From contig NC_068981.1 of NCBI RefSeq assembly GCF_001194135.2, positions 98,427,527 to 98,491,526 of the forward strand: a stretch of DNA of 64,000 nucleotides, in the 5' to 3' direction. Origin of the DNA: Octopus bimaculoides (taxonomy: Eukaryota). A program made the translations under genes and the position numbers. This document shows, piece after piece, positions 26,790 through 40,995 of the stretch (position 1 is the stretch's first letter; each line of letters begins with the position of its first letter). Under the pieces are notes generated by a model. It saw nothing but the letters and a program-made list of their open reading frames with translations. It was not told the DNA's origin and ran no database searches.

Positions 26790-27109
26790 NNNNNNNNNNN
26801 NNNNNNNNNNNNNNNNNNNNNNNNNNNNNNNNNNNNNNNNNNNNNNNNNNNNNNNNNNNNNNNNNNNNNNNNNNNNNNNNNNNNNNNNNNNNNNNNNNNN
26901 NNNNNNNNNNNNNNNNNNNNNNNNNNNNNNNNNNNNNNNNNNNNNNNNNNNNNNNNNNNNNNNNNNNNNNNNNNNNNNNNNNNNNNNNNNNNNNNNNNNN
27001 NNNNNNNNNNNNNNNNNNNNNNNNNNNNNNNNNNNNNNNNNNNNNNNNNNNNNNNNNNNNNNNNNNNNNNNNNNNNNNNNNNNNNNNNNNNNNNNNNNNN
27101 NNNNNNNNN

Positions 27110-27181
<72 letters not shown>

Positions 27182-28756
27182 CGACGATGATGATGATGAT
27201 GATGATGATATGTATTATATATATAGGAGTGGCTGTGTGGTAAGTAGCTTGCTTACCAACCATATGGTTCCAGGTTCAGTCCCTCTGTGTGGCATCTTGA
27301 GCAAGTGTCTTCTACTATAGCCTTGGGCCAACCAAAGCCTTGTGAGTGGATTTGGTAGACAGAAACTGAAAGAAGCCCGTTGTATAATATATGCGTATAT
27401 ATATGTATATGCATGTGTGTGTGTGTGTATGTTTGTGTGTCTGTGTTTGTCCCTCCAATATTGCTTGACAATTGATGGTGGTGTGTTTACATCCCAATAA
27501 CTTAGCAGTTCAGCAAAAGTGATCAACATAATAAGTACTGGGCTTACAAAGAATAAGTTCTGGGGTCGATTTGCTTGACTAAAAAGCGGTGCTCCAGCAT
27601 AGCCACAGTCAAATGACTGAAACAAATAAAAGAATAAAAGAATATATATACGCAGGAGTGGCTGTGTGGTAAGTAGCTTGCTTACCAACTCAACCCCAAG
27701 ACTTATTTTTTTTTAAGCCTGCTACTTATTCTATCCATCTCTCCAAACTGCTAAGTTATGGAGACGTACAAGGTGGTATCAAAAAGTTCCCAGACAAGTT
27801 CTGTAGTGCACCAACATATAACAGTACACAGTTGCGTGCACAGCGAGAACTAGCAGTGACCTTCATGAGTCAGTGTGCTGAGTGACGTCACTGTGATTAC
27901 TTCGCAAATTCTGAAATTTGCGGTTTTGTGATGACATGTATGCTGTAGTCTGCGATTTTGCAATGGACAGGAAGAATTAGCCAACATGAACTTTTGCATT
28001 AAACTTAGGAAGTCTGCTACTGAGACATTGAGCATGTTTTGGAAAGCTTACGGTTATGAAGCAATGAGCTGTATGCAATGTTTCAAGTGGCACAGGTGCT
28101 TCAAAAGCAGAAGGACGTCCCTGGAAGACATGCGATCTAGAAGACCTGCCACAAGCATCACCCTCAGAAATGAGTTATTGTGCATCAAGAATTCATTACC
28201 CAGGACCAGACCATCAACCAAGAGTTCTACTGTGACATTTTGAAGCATTTGAGGAAGGACATTGAGTGAAAGGGACCAGGTCTGTGGAGTGCAAGGAACT
28301 GGATTCTTCATAACAACAATGTACCCTTTGAGTTTCTTGCCAAAAACAACATGGTATCACTTCCACACTTACCCTATTTACCAGATTTAGCACCTGAAGA
28401 CTCCCATATCTTCCCCAAGATGAAAATACAGCTCAAAGGTCACCCTTTTAATGCCATTGTTGAGATCCACAGCAAATCACAGAAGGTCCTTGACTCACTT
28501 AAAGAAAATGATTTCCTGACTGGATTCCAAAAGTGGCAGGAACACTGGGATCAGTGTATTGCTGTGTAAGGTGACTCTTAAAACTTTGGTAAATAAGTTA
28601 TTTTTTATTAAACATAACAAATCCAGGAACCCTTTTATACCACCTCGTAAACACACCAACACCAGTTGTCAAGCAGTGGTGGAGAAACAAACACACACAC
28701 ACACATGGACACAGACACACACACATACACAAACACACACACATATATAAATATAG

Positions 28757-28839
<83 letters not shown>

Positions 28840-31800
28840 CACGATGGGCTTGTTTTAGTTTCTTTCTACCAAATCCACTCACAAGGCTTTGGCCAGCCCA
28901 AGACTTTAGTAAAAGACACTTGCCCAAAGTTCCACACAATGGGACTGAACTCAGAACCATGTGGTTGAGAAGCATGCTTCTTACCACACAACCATGCTTG
29001 TGCTTTTTGTTTTTAATTCTTTAAATTCTTCCTCTGAGGAAGGGGCTATTTTCTAGTAAAGATGCATAGTCCATCATTGGAATGTAAATCACAAAAACAA
29101 TGTCACATTTTAAACCTCAGAAAAATCTTGCATATTTTTATTGTTTCACTTTCAGATTGTATTTGTAATGTGTAAATTAGCTGACTGATTTCTCTTCCTG
29201 AAAATTCAAGCTTATCCAGACTGTCAGTCAGGCATTTACTTATAAAATCAAGTGCACCTATTATTATTGGTATAAATGTAAATTTGTAATGTGGATATAA
29301 AAGCTGAAAATTTCAAAGCAGCTGTACATTGTTATTTTCTTTGATTTTCAAAGAAATATTCACATCAGCAGAACATCTGACCTCTATGATGATACATATA
29401 TACTTTTTCTTGTCTGTTCCAAGCGACAATATCTGATCTGTTATGCTTACACTTCACAGATGTTTGAGTACATATTCAATAACAGGGGGATTTCAGGGCA
29501 GTCTTTTCTCTGGATGGCAATGTTTTTGCAACAACATTGTGTCACATAGGGAGGTAGTATCTTGATGATATTTTGGGGCAACTGCTATGTATATATATGT
29601 GATTGTATGTGTGTGTGTTTGTGGGGGGGGGGGCAGTACTGTCTGTATGCTTTATCTTTGCACGATAGTTGTAAACAAATTTCACAGCCATGCAAGTAGT
29701 GTCCTTCAATTCCAGTCTGCAGTGAAAACATGTCTGGGCATGGGGAAATATTACCTTACGTGACAGTTGATGACAGGAAGGGCATTTGAACATAAAGAAA
29801 AAATCTGCCACAGCAAATTCCATTCAACCCATGCAAGCACAGAAAATGGATGTTAAAATGATGATGATGATCGNNNNNNNNNNNNNNNNNNNNNNNNNNN
29901 NNNNNNNNNNNNNNNNNNNNNNNNNNNNNNNNNNNNNNNNNNNNNNNNNNNNNNNNNNNNNNNNNNNNNNNNNNNNNNNNNNNNNNNNNNNNNNNNNNNN
30001 NNNNNNNNNNNNNNNNNNNNNNNNNNNNNNNNNNNNNNNNNNNNNNNNNNNNNNNNNNNNNNNNNNNNNNNNNNNNNNNNNNNNNNNNNNNNNNNNNNNN
30101 NNNNNNNNNNNNNNNNNNNNNNNNNNNNNNNNNNNNNNNNNNGGAGAGGGAGAGGAGGGAGAGGGAGAGGAGGGAGAGGAGGGAGAGGAGGGAGAGGGAG
30201 AGGAGGACATATGCCCTACTTACCTGGCGTTGAGAGCAGTTTCAGTTCTTATATCTACTTTTAGAAATAATTCAGAGTTGTAACCTAAAATATCTTTAGA
30301 CAAAAATACGATATATTAAAACAGTGAAAGTTGAATATAGAATTAAAGTGCAGAATACAAAATTATAGTGTAGAATAAAAAATTAGAGTTGGAATATAGA
30401 GTAAGATAAAGAATTACTGGGAAGTAAAAAAGGAACTATTGAGTGATATATATATATGTATATATAGAATTATAGTATTTGATAAAGAGTTATTTGAGGA
30501 AGATAGTATTGACAGGAATATAGAATTATGTAATGTAGAGTTATATGATAAAGAAGTGTGGCTTAGAGTTTAGGGGTATTCGGCTCACAATCGTAAGGTC
30601 ATGAGCTCAATTCCTGGCAACATGTTGTGTCCTTGAGCAAGGCACTTTATTTCATGTTACCCCAGTCCACTCAGCTAGCAAAAATTAGTAGTACCTGTAT
30701 CTCAAAGGGCCAGCTTTGTCACATTTTATGTCATGCTGAATCTCCCTCAGACATGTGTCTGTAGAGTGCTCAGCCACTTGCAATTTAATTTCTTGAGCAA
30801 GCTGTTTCATTGATCAGATCAACTGGAACCCTTTTTGTTGTAACTGACAGAGTGCCAGTTAATGGAGAGTAAAGAATTGTTTGGTAAGGTAGTGATGGTT
30901 AGTTTCCTGTGACAAGAGAATTAGTTGCATGATCCATTGATTATCTCTTAAACTAGGAGCCTTATAGCTACTGGACTCACATTTTATTATTATTGGTTCT
31001 CTTGGTTTTGGTGGACTTATCCTATATTCAATGGTTAATTGAATATCTGATTTTCTCTCTTTCAGCATTTTTAAATACTTTTATGATCCTGAAAGCTATG
31101 GCTTACATGCTTATAAAATTTAAAAAAAAAAAGAACAGCACAGCACCCATGACTTTTGGAAACATTTTTTCATGCTCAGACTTCTTGACCATAGTATCCA
31201 GACTGTTGCTATAGTAACGAAGCTAAAGCATGCAGAGTGAAGCCACTTGGCACAGATTGACCTTGTACTCTGCCATGCATGTGCACTAAGTTTTAACATT
31301 CTAGCTCACTTCCGCTGTTTATAGCAGTGCTTGGAAGGAAGGTACATAGCGTGTGATCATCACATTAACTATGACAATGAATTTCTCTCATGGTATCTAC
31401 TGTAATAAAGTTTGTTCTAACAGAACATTCACATTTAAGTGGTAATAAATATTATCTCTCATAACCAAATACTGTAAAATATTCCATCTCATATTCCACT
31501 GATTCTACCAGTCTATTGCCCTACCAACAGCCTGAGACCACTTTTAGTTCTATGAGACAAAACTACCCATTTTAAAATGCTCGCATTTAAATTGAAACTT
31601 TCCTTCATAATTTTATTAAAAAGCAAAAAAGAATGTTATAGTAACGGAGCATTGTTGTGAAACAAAGTTGAAGAAAAATGCTCATCAAATTTGCTTACAT
31701 TTTGAAGACGTTTCTGTGCAGTTGATAGATTCTCTGACATGTTGCTGCATGAAGATATCAGGAATGGCTCCAGAATGTAAAGCAGCTACAGTGTTTCTTT

Positions 31801-34800
31801 GGGTCAGCTCAGTCAGTGGAATAAAGGCCCAACCAAGGGTTGCTGTAAAAAGAAGAGGAAAATGATATTTTTGTTCTCAATGGGTTGTTACATACAAAAT
31901 TAAACATTATTTCTTTTTCTAAGTAGACAGTAGACAGACGTGAACAGTACAAGATAGAACCAGTCTCAGCTACTAGACAGAGTTTCATAGAGCTAGTACA
32001 CAGGACTAGATAGATCTTGTAGACTGAACAAAATAGAAGTAATGCACTGAAATGTATAGAGCTGAAAGACTGAATTTCATAGAGCTGGTAGACTGAACTG
32101 AACTGTGACGGTGCATGACCTAATGTTAGGTCATGGTTTTAATTGCTGCACTGGGTAGGTGCATTGTGTTCTTTAGCAAAAAAGCTCATTGTATGTTACT
32201 CCAGTTCAATCAATGGTAAATGAGTAACTCTGCAATGAACTGGCAGCCCATTTAGGAAGAATATTGCGATCTCAGTCACTTATATACAAAGGAAACCAGG
32301 CAACTGGCCCTATGAATCCTAGCACTTGAGACAGTAATGTCCACAAGACTTACTTTTTACTTCAATACACTGAACAATGTAGAGACAGTCAACTGAATTT
32401 GATAAAGCCAGTTCAATGAACTAGATAGTAATAACTATGTATGTATATAAACAAACTTACATTTGTTTTTTAGAAGCATTGAATGTGTATCATACAATAC
32501 TGACAAGAAAGTGATATTTCAAATGCAGTATCACTATTGAAGCAGCAGAAAAATTGGGTATTATTACTCTTACAAGGTGGAAAAAGTTGTCAACAAATAG
32601 TCATGGGAGTTGAACCCACATCCCCCAATACACTGCTTAAGTGCTTTTCCATTAAGTTAAACTGCCCGCTGAGAACATTTCTGCTGATTTTAAGCGCTAA
32701 ATAGACAACTTTGTGAAATGTAACAACCACATGTGCATATAAACAAACTTACATTTGTTTTTAGAAGCCTTGAATGTATATTGTACAACAGCATTAATAG
32801 ACTGAACTATGCAGATAGAGCTGGGAGAGTGAACTAGTTCAAGTTAGTATGCTGAACTGGACAGAACTAATAGACTGAGCTCTTTTTCAAATCACTGCAA
32901 ACAAAGATGTATTTCATTATGCCATGTCAAACCATGCATCAATTCAACATCTACACACTGTATTTATCTGGTCAATATCAACAGATTTTATTACTCCAGT
33001 CATCAACACATTCAGGTCCTGTAAATGAGGAGTTCAGCCAGCACATTGGTCTGGGGCACGGAAAGACCTGTGAATATCTAACAGGAATTTATCAAAGAAA
33101 GAAAGGAAGGAAGGAAGGAAGGAAGGAAGGAACATCACGGGTAAAAGCAATCTTGTTCTACCTTGAAAATTTTCTCTTGTAGGCCCAAAATACAGTGTAT
33201 CAATCCATTCAACATCTACACCACTGTATTTATCTCAAGAGTTCTCAACCCTTTTTTATCTATGGATCCCTTTGGTTACAATTTTATTCTGGTAGACCCC
33301 CATAACCATTCAATGTTTCAAAGCTAGTTTTATCAAAGCTTCTTTCCAAATTGTTATAGTTTTCACACATTAACCTGTATAGGTTGAATTATGTAAAATG
33401 TTAGAGAAAAAAACCTTGCTGTTTTTTGCTATACATACCAATACATACATCTAGAGCAAAATTTTTTCAGGAGCCCTTAAAATACAATTGTGGATCTCTG
33501 ATTTACTATTTTGTTGTGTGGACCTCCAAAAGTCTTCTATGGATCTTCAAGGCCATATGGATCCAAGATGAGAACCACTGACCTATCTGATAAACATCTG
33601 CACTCTGTATCTATCAGGTTGAGTAAAAAGTAAGCAACGTTTTGAACCATGAAGAATTTGTACTAGATTTTTGCAGAGTTTTGAATTTTTTTTAAACATT
33701 TTTTTTGCAATTGTTTGATAATACAGACATAGACTTGCCCAAATGCATCAATAAATTAACATTGATATTTTTTTCACTGTTGTTACAAACATCTGAAATG
33801 GAACTGCCATTGCACGATATTCAAGCAATTTTGCTATTCAACTTCAAAAAAGGACATAAAACAGCTGAAACTACTCACGATATCAATGAAACATTTGGTG
33901 AGGAAATGACCAGTGAGTGGTCAGCTTGAAAATGGTTTAAACGATTTTGCAGTGGAGACCTGAGCCTTAAAGATTGTGAACGTAGTAGACGCCCATCTGT
34001 CATCAATAATGGTTAATTAAAGACCGTCCATTGAGAAAGGTCTACGTAAAACCACTTGAGAACTGGCAAAAGAACTTCAAGTTAGCCAGAAAACTGCCTG
34101 CAATCATTTGCATGTGATCAGAAAATCAAAAAGGCTCAACAAATGAGTACCACATGATTTGAATGAAAATCAGAAAATGCACAGATATGAAATTTGCTTG
34201 TCGCTTCTTCTCCGTAACCAGACAGTTCCATTTTTTGACCGTATTGTAACTTGTGATGAAAAGTGGATTCTGTACAATAATAAAAAAATGTTCTTCCGAG
34301 CTCTTCAAAAAGAAGGTTATGGTGACTGTTTGGTGGTGTACTGCTGGACTCATCCACTATAACATCTTAAAACTCAGAAAAACCATTACTGCAGATACAT
34401 ATTGCCATGAAATTGCCAAGATGAATGGAAAACTGCTACTCCTTCATCCCAGACTGGTCAACAGAATAGGGCCAATCATTCTTCATGACAATGCTCGACC
34501 ACATGTTTCCCTAATGATGCTCCAGAAGTTGAGGGAACTTGGCTACTAAGTTCTTCCCCACCCAGCTTATTCCCTAGACCTTTCTCCTACTGACTATCAC
34601 TTTTTCAAGAACATTGATGGTTTCCTGCAAGAGGAGTTCAAAAATCAAACAGATACTAAAAGTGCATTCAAAGAGTTCATCAGCTCCAGAACTCCAGATT
34701 TTTATGTTACCGGAATAAACAAACTTGTAACTCGGCAAAAATGTTTTGATTGTAATGGTACTTACTCTGATGTGGTTGGCGTTAGGAAGGGCATCCAGCT

Positions 34801-35736
34801 GTAGAAACTCTGCCAAATTAGATTGGAGCCTGGTGTTGCCATCCAGTTTCACCAGTCCTCAATCAAATCGTCCAACCCATGCTAGCATGGAAAGCGGACG
34901 TTAAACGATGATGATGATGATGATGATTGTTGAAATATATTGTGATGACTTTCATATTTCAAAACAGTTGCTCACTTTTTACTCATCTTGATATATAGTC
35001 AGAGTGTGAGGTGTGAGATGTTTTAGCGTAGACATTTTGGCATTGCCTATTTAGAACCACCAATTCAACACTGACATATTTGCCATCAGATGTTCTAATG
35101 GTTCTCATTCTCCCATTTTCTCTCTCTCTCCCCTGCCCCTCCTCTCTTTTACCCCTCTTCTCTCTCTCACGCCCCACCTCTCTCCAGCCCCTCCTCTCTC
35201 TCTCTCACCCCTCCTCTCTCTCATCCCTCTTCTCTCTCACCCCTCCTCTCTCTCTCTCTCTCGCCCCTCCTTTCTCTCTTGCCTCTCCTCAGTCTCTCAC
35301 TCTCCCTCTCTCTCTCTCCTCCCCTTTCTCTTTCTTACTCAATCTGTATGTGTAAATTTCTTGTTTACTTTAATTGTCAAAACATACTGTCACCAAAACT
35401 AGCTGAATGTCCAGTCAGCTATGCCAAATCAACAGCATCCAAACAGCTGTATCTAGCTGTCACATTCTGATATAATCAACATCTAAATTTACATTATTTA
35501 GTTTTTCCTTCTTTGCAGTAGGGATTAAAATAATTATCGCACAAAAAAAATTTTCATTATCATTGGTGCAGGAGTGGCTGTGTGATATGAAGTTTGCTTC
35601 CCAATCACATAGTTCCCAATCACATAGTTCAATCCCAATGCATGGCACCTTGGGCAATTGTCTTCTACTATAGCTTCAAACCAACCAAAGACTTGTGAGT
35701 GGATTTGGTGGACAGAAACTGAATGAAGCCATGTGT

Positions 35737-35775
<39 letters not shown>

Positions 35776-38700
35776 TCCCCCACCACCACTTGACAATCAG
35801 TGCTGGTGTTTTTTGTTTTTATATCCCTGTAACTTAACAGTTCAGCAAAAGAGTCCAATAAAATAAATACCAGGCTTTATAAAAGAATAAGTACTGTAAT
35901 TGATTTGTTCAACTAAAATTCTTCAAGGCGGTGCCCCAGCATGGCCACAGTCTGATGACTGAAACAAGTAAAAGGTAATAGATAAAAGACTAACTACAGA
36001 GTGTTTAATTCAATCAACTGAAACAATTCAATCATAAATATTGATAAAAAAAAAAGATAACAGCAAGTAGGAGTTACTCACAAATGACATTCTTATGGAC
36101 ATACACCACCATAACAATGAGATGAAAGTATTCTCCCGATATCATCTTATCTATGTAGTTTGATACAGAAATATCAGCAAAGTTAAACACATCAGTCACT
36201 TTAGCAATATAAATCAGTTTCCCTGTTATGGTTGGAGTCGTCTGAAATGAAATCTGTGAGGACTGAACTTTCTTCAATTCGATGCACTCATCACCAAATT
36301 TCAGTATGATATTCATAAGAATCTCGTTAGTTTCAGGTAATTCTCTCCAAGGCAACTGTTATAAAAAAAATAAGGATAAACAGTGTTAAAAATATTACAA
36401 GTCACAAAGATTCCACAGATTATATTGATTTTTTTAAATGTAAATGTGTGGTTGTGTGGTAAGAAGTTTGTTTCCCAACCACATGGTTTCAGGTTCAATT
36501 CCACCATGTGGTACCTTTGGCAAGTGTCTTCTATTAAAGCTTATGGCCAACCAAAACATTGTCAGTAGATTTGGTAGACAGACATTGAAAGAAGCCTATT
36601 GTATATATATATCTAGTATATATAAATCAGTTTGTGTATGTATATTGACTAACACATACATTTCCACAATTCACAACCGATTTTCACCAAACTTTGCACA
36701 CACATTACTTATGTCCCAAGGATGGTCATGCACTATAACATTTTGCCCAGAGCTCCTGCGTAAATGGACAAACTGTAAAAAACGGTTTTACATGGATTTT
36801 TCTCTAATTCGTTGTATATACATAGTTTTTGTATATAAGTTCTTCTATACTTTTCTAATCTATACGGTCATATATTGACATTAGAAAATATTTTTTAGGG
36901 GCTCTCACATTTTTTTGATTTATCATTTATTTATATGTTATAATTGTGTATTATTACTTGGTTAGAGAATATCATAAAAGTGAAAGGATTTTGTCTATTT
37001 ATTTATTTTGACTGTCCACCTGCAATGGTGATTAAATTGACTAAGAACACTGTACATGATGAATATTCAATACCAAACAGTCTTAACCTCCATACTAATG
37101 GCAAGCTTACCTTTACCTATTTTGAGTTACTTGAAAGGTAATGTTCTCTTCCCTCTCTTTTATTTGTTGATATCTTTGTTTACTTACCAATGCGTTGTTT
37201 CCCTTTCAGGATGATTATTTACCCATCCATTATGATATTTCAAGCGCGACATCTTTTCACTGTGAACTGCTAAAAATTCAATGCAGTATTCGTAAACTGA
37301 AGTCAAACTCTTCATGTTTTCATTTTTCGTTGCCTGAAGCCCATAGCAAATATATTCCTTTAACTCTACTTTTTCAAGTAGGTATTGTATTGTCATTTTT
37401 TAACATACCAATCATACTTCTCTCTAAAAATATAGCTCCCTTTGCTGTTAAATAAAATAAACTCACAGAGGGGAAGTTTCAACGTCTTCCTTCAATTTCA
37501 TTACACCATTTATGTGGCTGTTTCTGACAAGAAATTTCGCTTTCATGTAAAACTATATTATGTAGTCATTATCCATAATCTATTCTCAAAACACTTCAGT
37601 AGCTCTACTTTGCATCGCTTGCAAACTTATATGTTCTATGATCATTAAAGTACCTTCAACTATATAAAAGTTGATAGTTCCTTGTTAAAAGCTCACAATC
37701 AATCTCACAAATAGAAAAGGAAACACGTTTTAATTATTTTGCCCTAAGGCAATGAGCTAGCAGAATCAATAGCATGCTGGACAAAATATTTAGCATCATT
37801 CATTCCAGCTTTTTGTTCTGAGTTCAAATTCTACTGAGGTCAACTTTACCTTTCATCCATTTAGGGTTGATGAAATAAGTACCCGTGATCATTGGGGTTG
37901 ATATCATCAACTACCTCCTCCCCATAAAAATTTCAGGTTTTATATCTATACTAGAAAGTATTATTTTGAGGCTCTAAAAGGTTGTGAGCTGGCAGAGACA
38001 TTTGCATGTTGGACAAAATGCTGAGCTGCATTTTTTCTGGTTCTTTACATTTTGGGTTTAAATTCTACCAAAGACAACTTTGCCTTTCATCCTTCATTCT
38101 ATCCTTGATAGAATAAAGTTCCAGTCAAGTAGTGAGGTAAATGTAATCAACTTGCCCTCTCCCCTCAAAATTGTGGGGTGGAATTCTAGTTTAGGCACCC
38201 TATTATAATCTGCCATAACATTTTTTGAATTTTCAGAAAATTTTTGTGAATTTCTCTTCTACACATGGAAATTCATAAGATTATGAAAAAAATATTTCTT
38301 TTAATTTTTCAAAATGTTTCCTTTAAAATCAGAGTTTAAAATACAGACAGTCCAAATTTTTGGCTTAAATCCTAGCAATGGAACATTGTATGTGTTTATG
38401 GGGAGAAAGATATTGAAAAACATCAATATGTCAGAATGACAAAGAAACAAGGAAGGTATCAGGTGGTCATTAGATGTGCTAAAAAATAACAGTTAAATAG
38501 CCCTTAAATTACAGAATTTTTTTTTTTGCATAATCGTATGAATTCCATGTGTAGAACACAAATTTGCAAACATTTTCTAAAAATTCCCAAAAGTAAAAAA
38601 GTTATGAGGGGGTTATATGGGGTGCTTAAACCAGAATTCCACCAATTGTGGGCCTTATGCCAAAATTTAAGACAATTATTTTGAGGCTCTAGACTCTAGC

Positions 38701-40962
38701 CTGTTTAATCCTGAAATTGCGATATTAATCCTTTAGTATTCAGATTACTTTGTCAAATGTAATACTTATTTATTCACATTATGTTGAATTAATCATACAT
38801 TATTTTTTTGCTTTGAGATTTCAATGATGTGATTATATATTTTTAGAATGACATTGTAGGGGAGGTGTGGGAGGCTAGTTATGGCCTGGCCACTTTGGGC
38901 TGGTTATAGCTGGTTTAAATGCTAAAGGGTTAAATTTCATGACTATTCCAGTAATGATACTAAATATCTATTAAAAAATAGAACTGGTATTGTCTACAAG
39001 TCATATTGCCTCAATAAACTTGACATATCTCAACAAAAAATAATTTCAAGCATGACATTCCTCAATAAAAATTGATTGGTATATAAAACTGCTTTTCACA
39101 GCTGAGGGTAATGAAATTTTGAGTGGGTGTATCAGATTTCTATAGGAAAAGGATTAACTTATCCATCTATCCAGCCCTGTATGTATAGATCTTTGTGTAA
39201 GTATACATGCATGTCTGTGTTTGTATGTATGTGTATTTGAATGTGTATACATGTGTGGATGTTTTTTTCTTAAAGTAGAAAAGAAAGGGCTGTATCCATG
39301 GCCATTATAGGCTCTCCCAAACTGGTAAAATTGACATATGTATTTGTATGTATTCGTTTGCATGTGTGGTGTTTGTATTCATTTGTATGTGTATATGTTT
39401 GGTATTCGTATGTACTCATTTGTATTTGTGTGTGTTTGCATATATTCATTTTGTGTGAGTGCAAGTATGTGTTTATGTATGTGCATATGTATATGTATAT
39501 ATTCAATGTATGTGTGCACATATATGTTCGTAAGTAAGTGTGCATGCATTTCTATGTATCTATTATATATATGAATACACAATAGATGTATCTGTGTGTA
39601 TGCATGCATATTCATGCTTATGTGATGTATGTAAATCTCATTGAAGAATATATATATGAATTACATTTTTGTTAGTTCCTTTCTGCAATACAGATTGTTG
39701 GAAGTCCAATTTGAAACAAACATCAGAGATTTGAATTGATAAACTCTCATTTGACAGTTTACTGAAATCAATAAATAGATTGGAAAGTTCAGTGGTAGGT
39801 TTTATGTCCAATTTATGTGTCTTCTTGGCCAAGTCAGTGATGGATTTAGAAGACTGTTCACCCATTATACCAGCAGTTGCTGCTACGTCACCTCCTGAGA
39901 CACCTCTGAAAAGAAAATCTTATTGACATTATAAAAAAAACAATTGGAGAGAGAAAAGAGAAAGTGTATCATTAACAAGGTTTGAACTACTTGTCCATTG
40001 CTTACCATTGACCATACTACCAACTACACAATATGAGGTTCCTGAACATTATGGCTAGAAGCTGTTTTGATGTATGTCAGCCTTACATTTGGCTTCCTAT
40101 AGGGTCCACAGACATCAGATTCCAAGTCATAGAAATCAACTATCTTCAGGTTAGTTGTTGTTGTTTCCTTGAGGCCAAAAGAATCCAGGATGAGGATTAA
40201 GGTCTTTCCTAATCCTATCAAGGGCATGGCCCTTCACCCTCATCAATATTGCCAAAACATTGTCTCTCTCTAGAGGCCAAAGCTAGTTGAGGGGAATTTC
40301 TTCTGAAGTAAATCCAGAATGAAAAAGCCAATAAGGTCACATGCATTGTTGAAGACACCCATTGCTACATCAGAGGAGCCTTCTGGGTTAGTGCATTTGG
40401 CCCAAACTGATCCCTTATTGAAGAGCAAGGTTTATTTTTGACATGCATGATAATATCTATATTTTCACCCCTACACACACATCAATCCCACCCCACTTTC
40501 GCTGACTGTCACAACTCACTCAAAGTTTATTGGGAGGCAAGGGATATAATGTAAAAGGCTGGTGACACATAAAAGGCACCAGGTACACTTTGTGGTGTGG
40601 TTGGTGTTAGGAAGGACATCCAGCCATAGAAACCAAACTAAAACAGACTGGAGTTTGGTGCAGCTCTCCAGCTTACTAGTTTAGTCAAACATCTAACCCA
40701 TGCCAGCATGGATAACAGATACTAAATGATGATGATGATGGATCCTTCTCTTGATTGTCTCCTGCAACATAGGTTCATCTTTATCGCAGCACTTACAAAC
40801 CAGATGTAACACTTCCTCACCTCCAGCAACAGAGAGTAGTCACCATTTTTCTGATACTGGCTGTCTCGGACAAACACAGGTATTAGATAAACTGATTACC
40901 TAATATTGTGTGTGAAACTGATTGGTAAGATCAGCTGTAATGGATCTATAATACTGCATACC

Positions 40963-40995
<33 letters not shown>

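Noticed and set aside
27228-27300. tRNA-like heads of SINEs as tRNA genes
   Set aside because: A/B boxes are present but there is no complete cloverleaf; they are attached to SINE bodies.
29412-29510. Frame [20 protein letters not shown] with donor gtaagc
   Set aside because: No good phase-1 acceptor; 30224-30284 resolves the phase instead.
36630-37700. Possible Helitron-like or other DNA element after a SINE head
   Set aside because: Only vague similarity (accgattttcaccaaactt); no termini or protein motif could be established.
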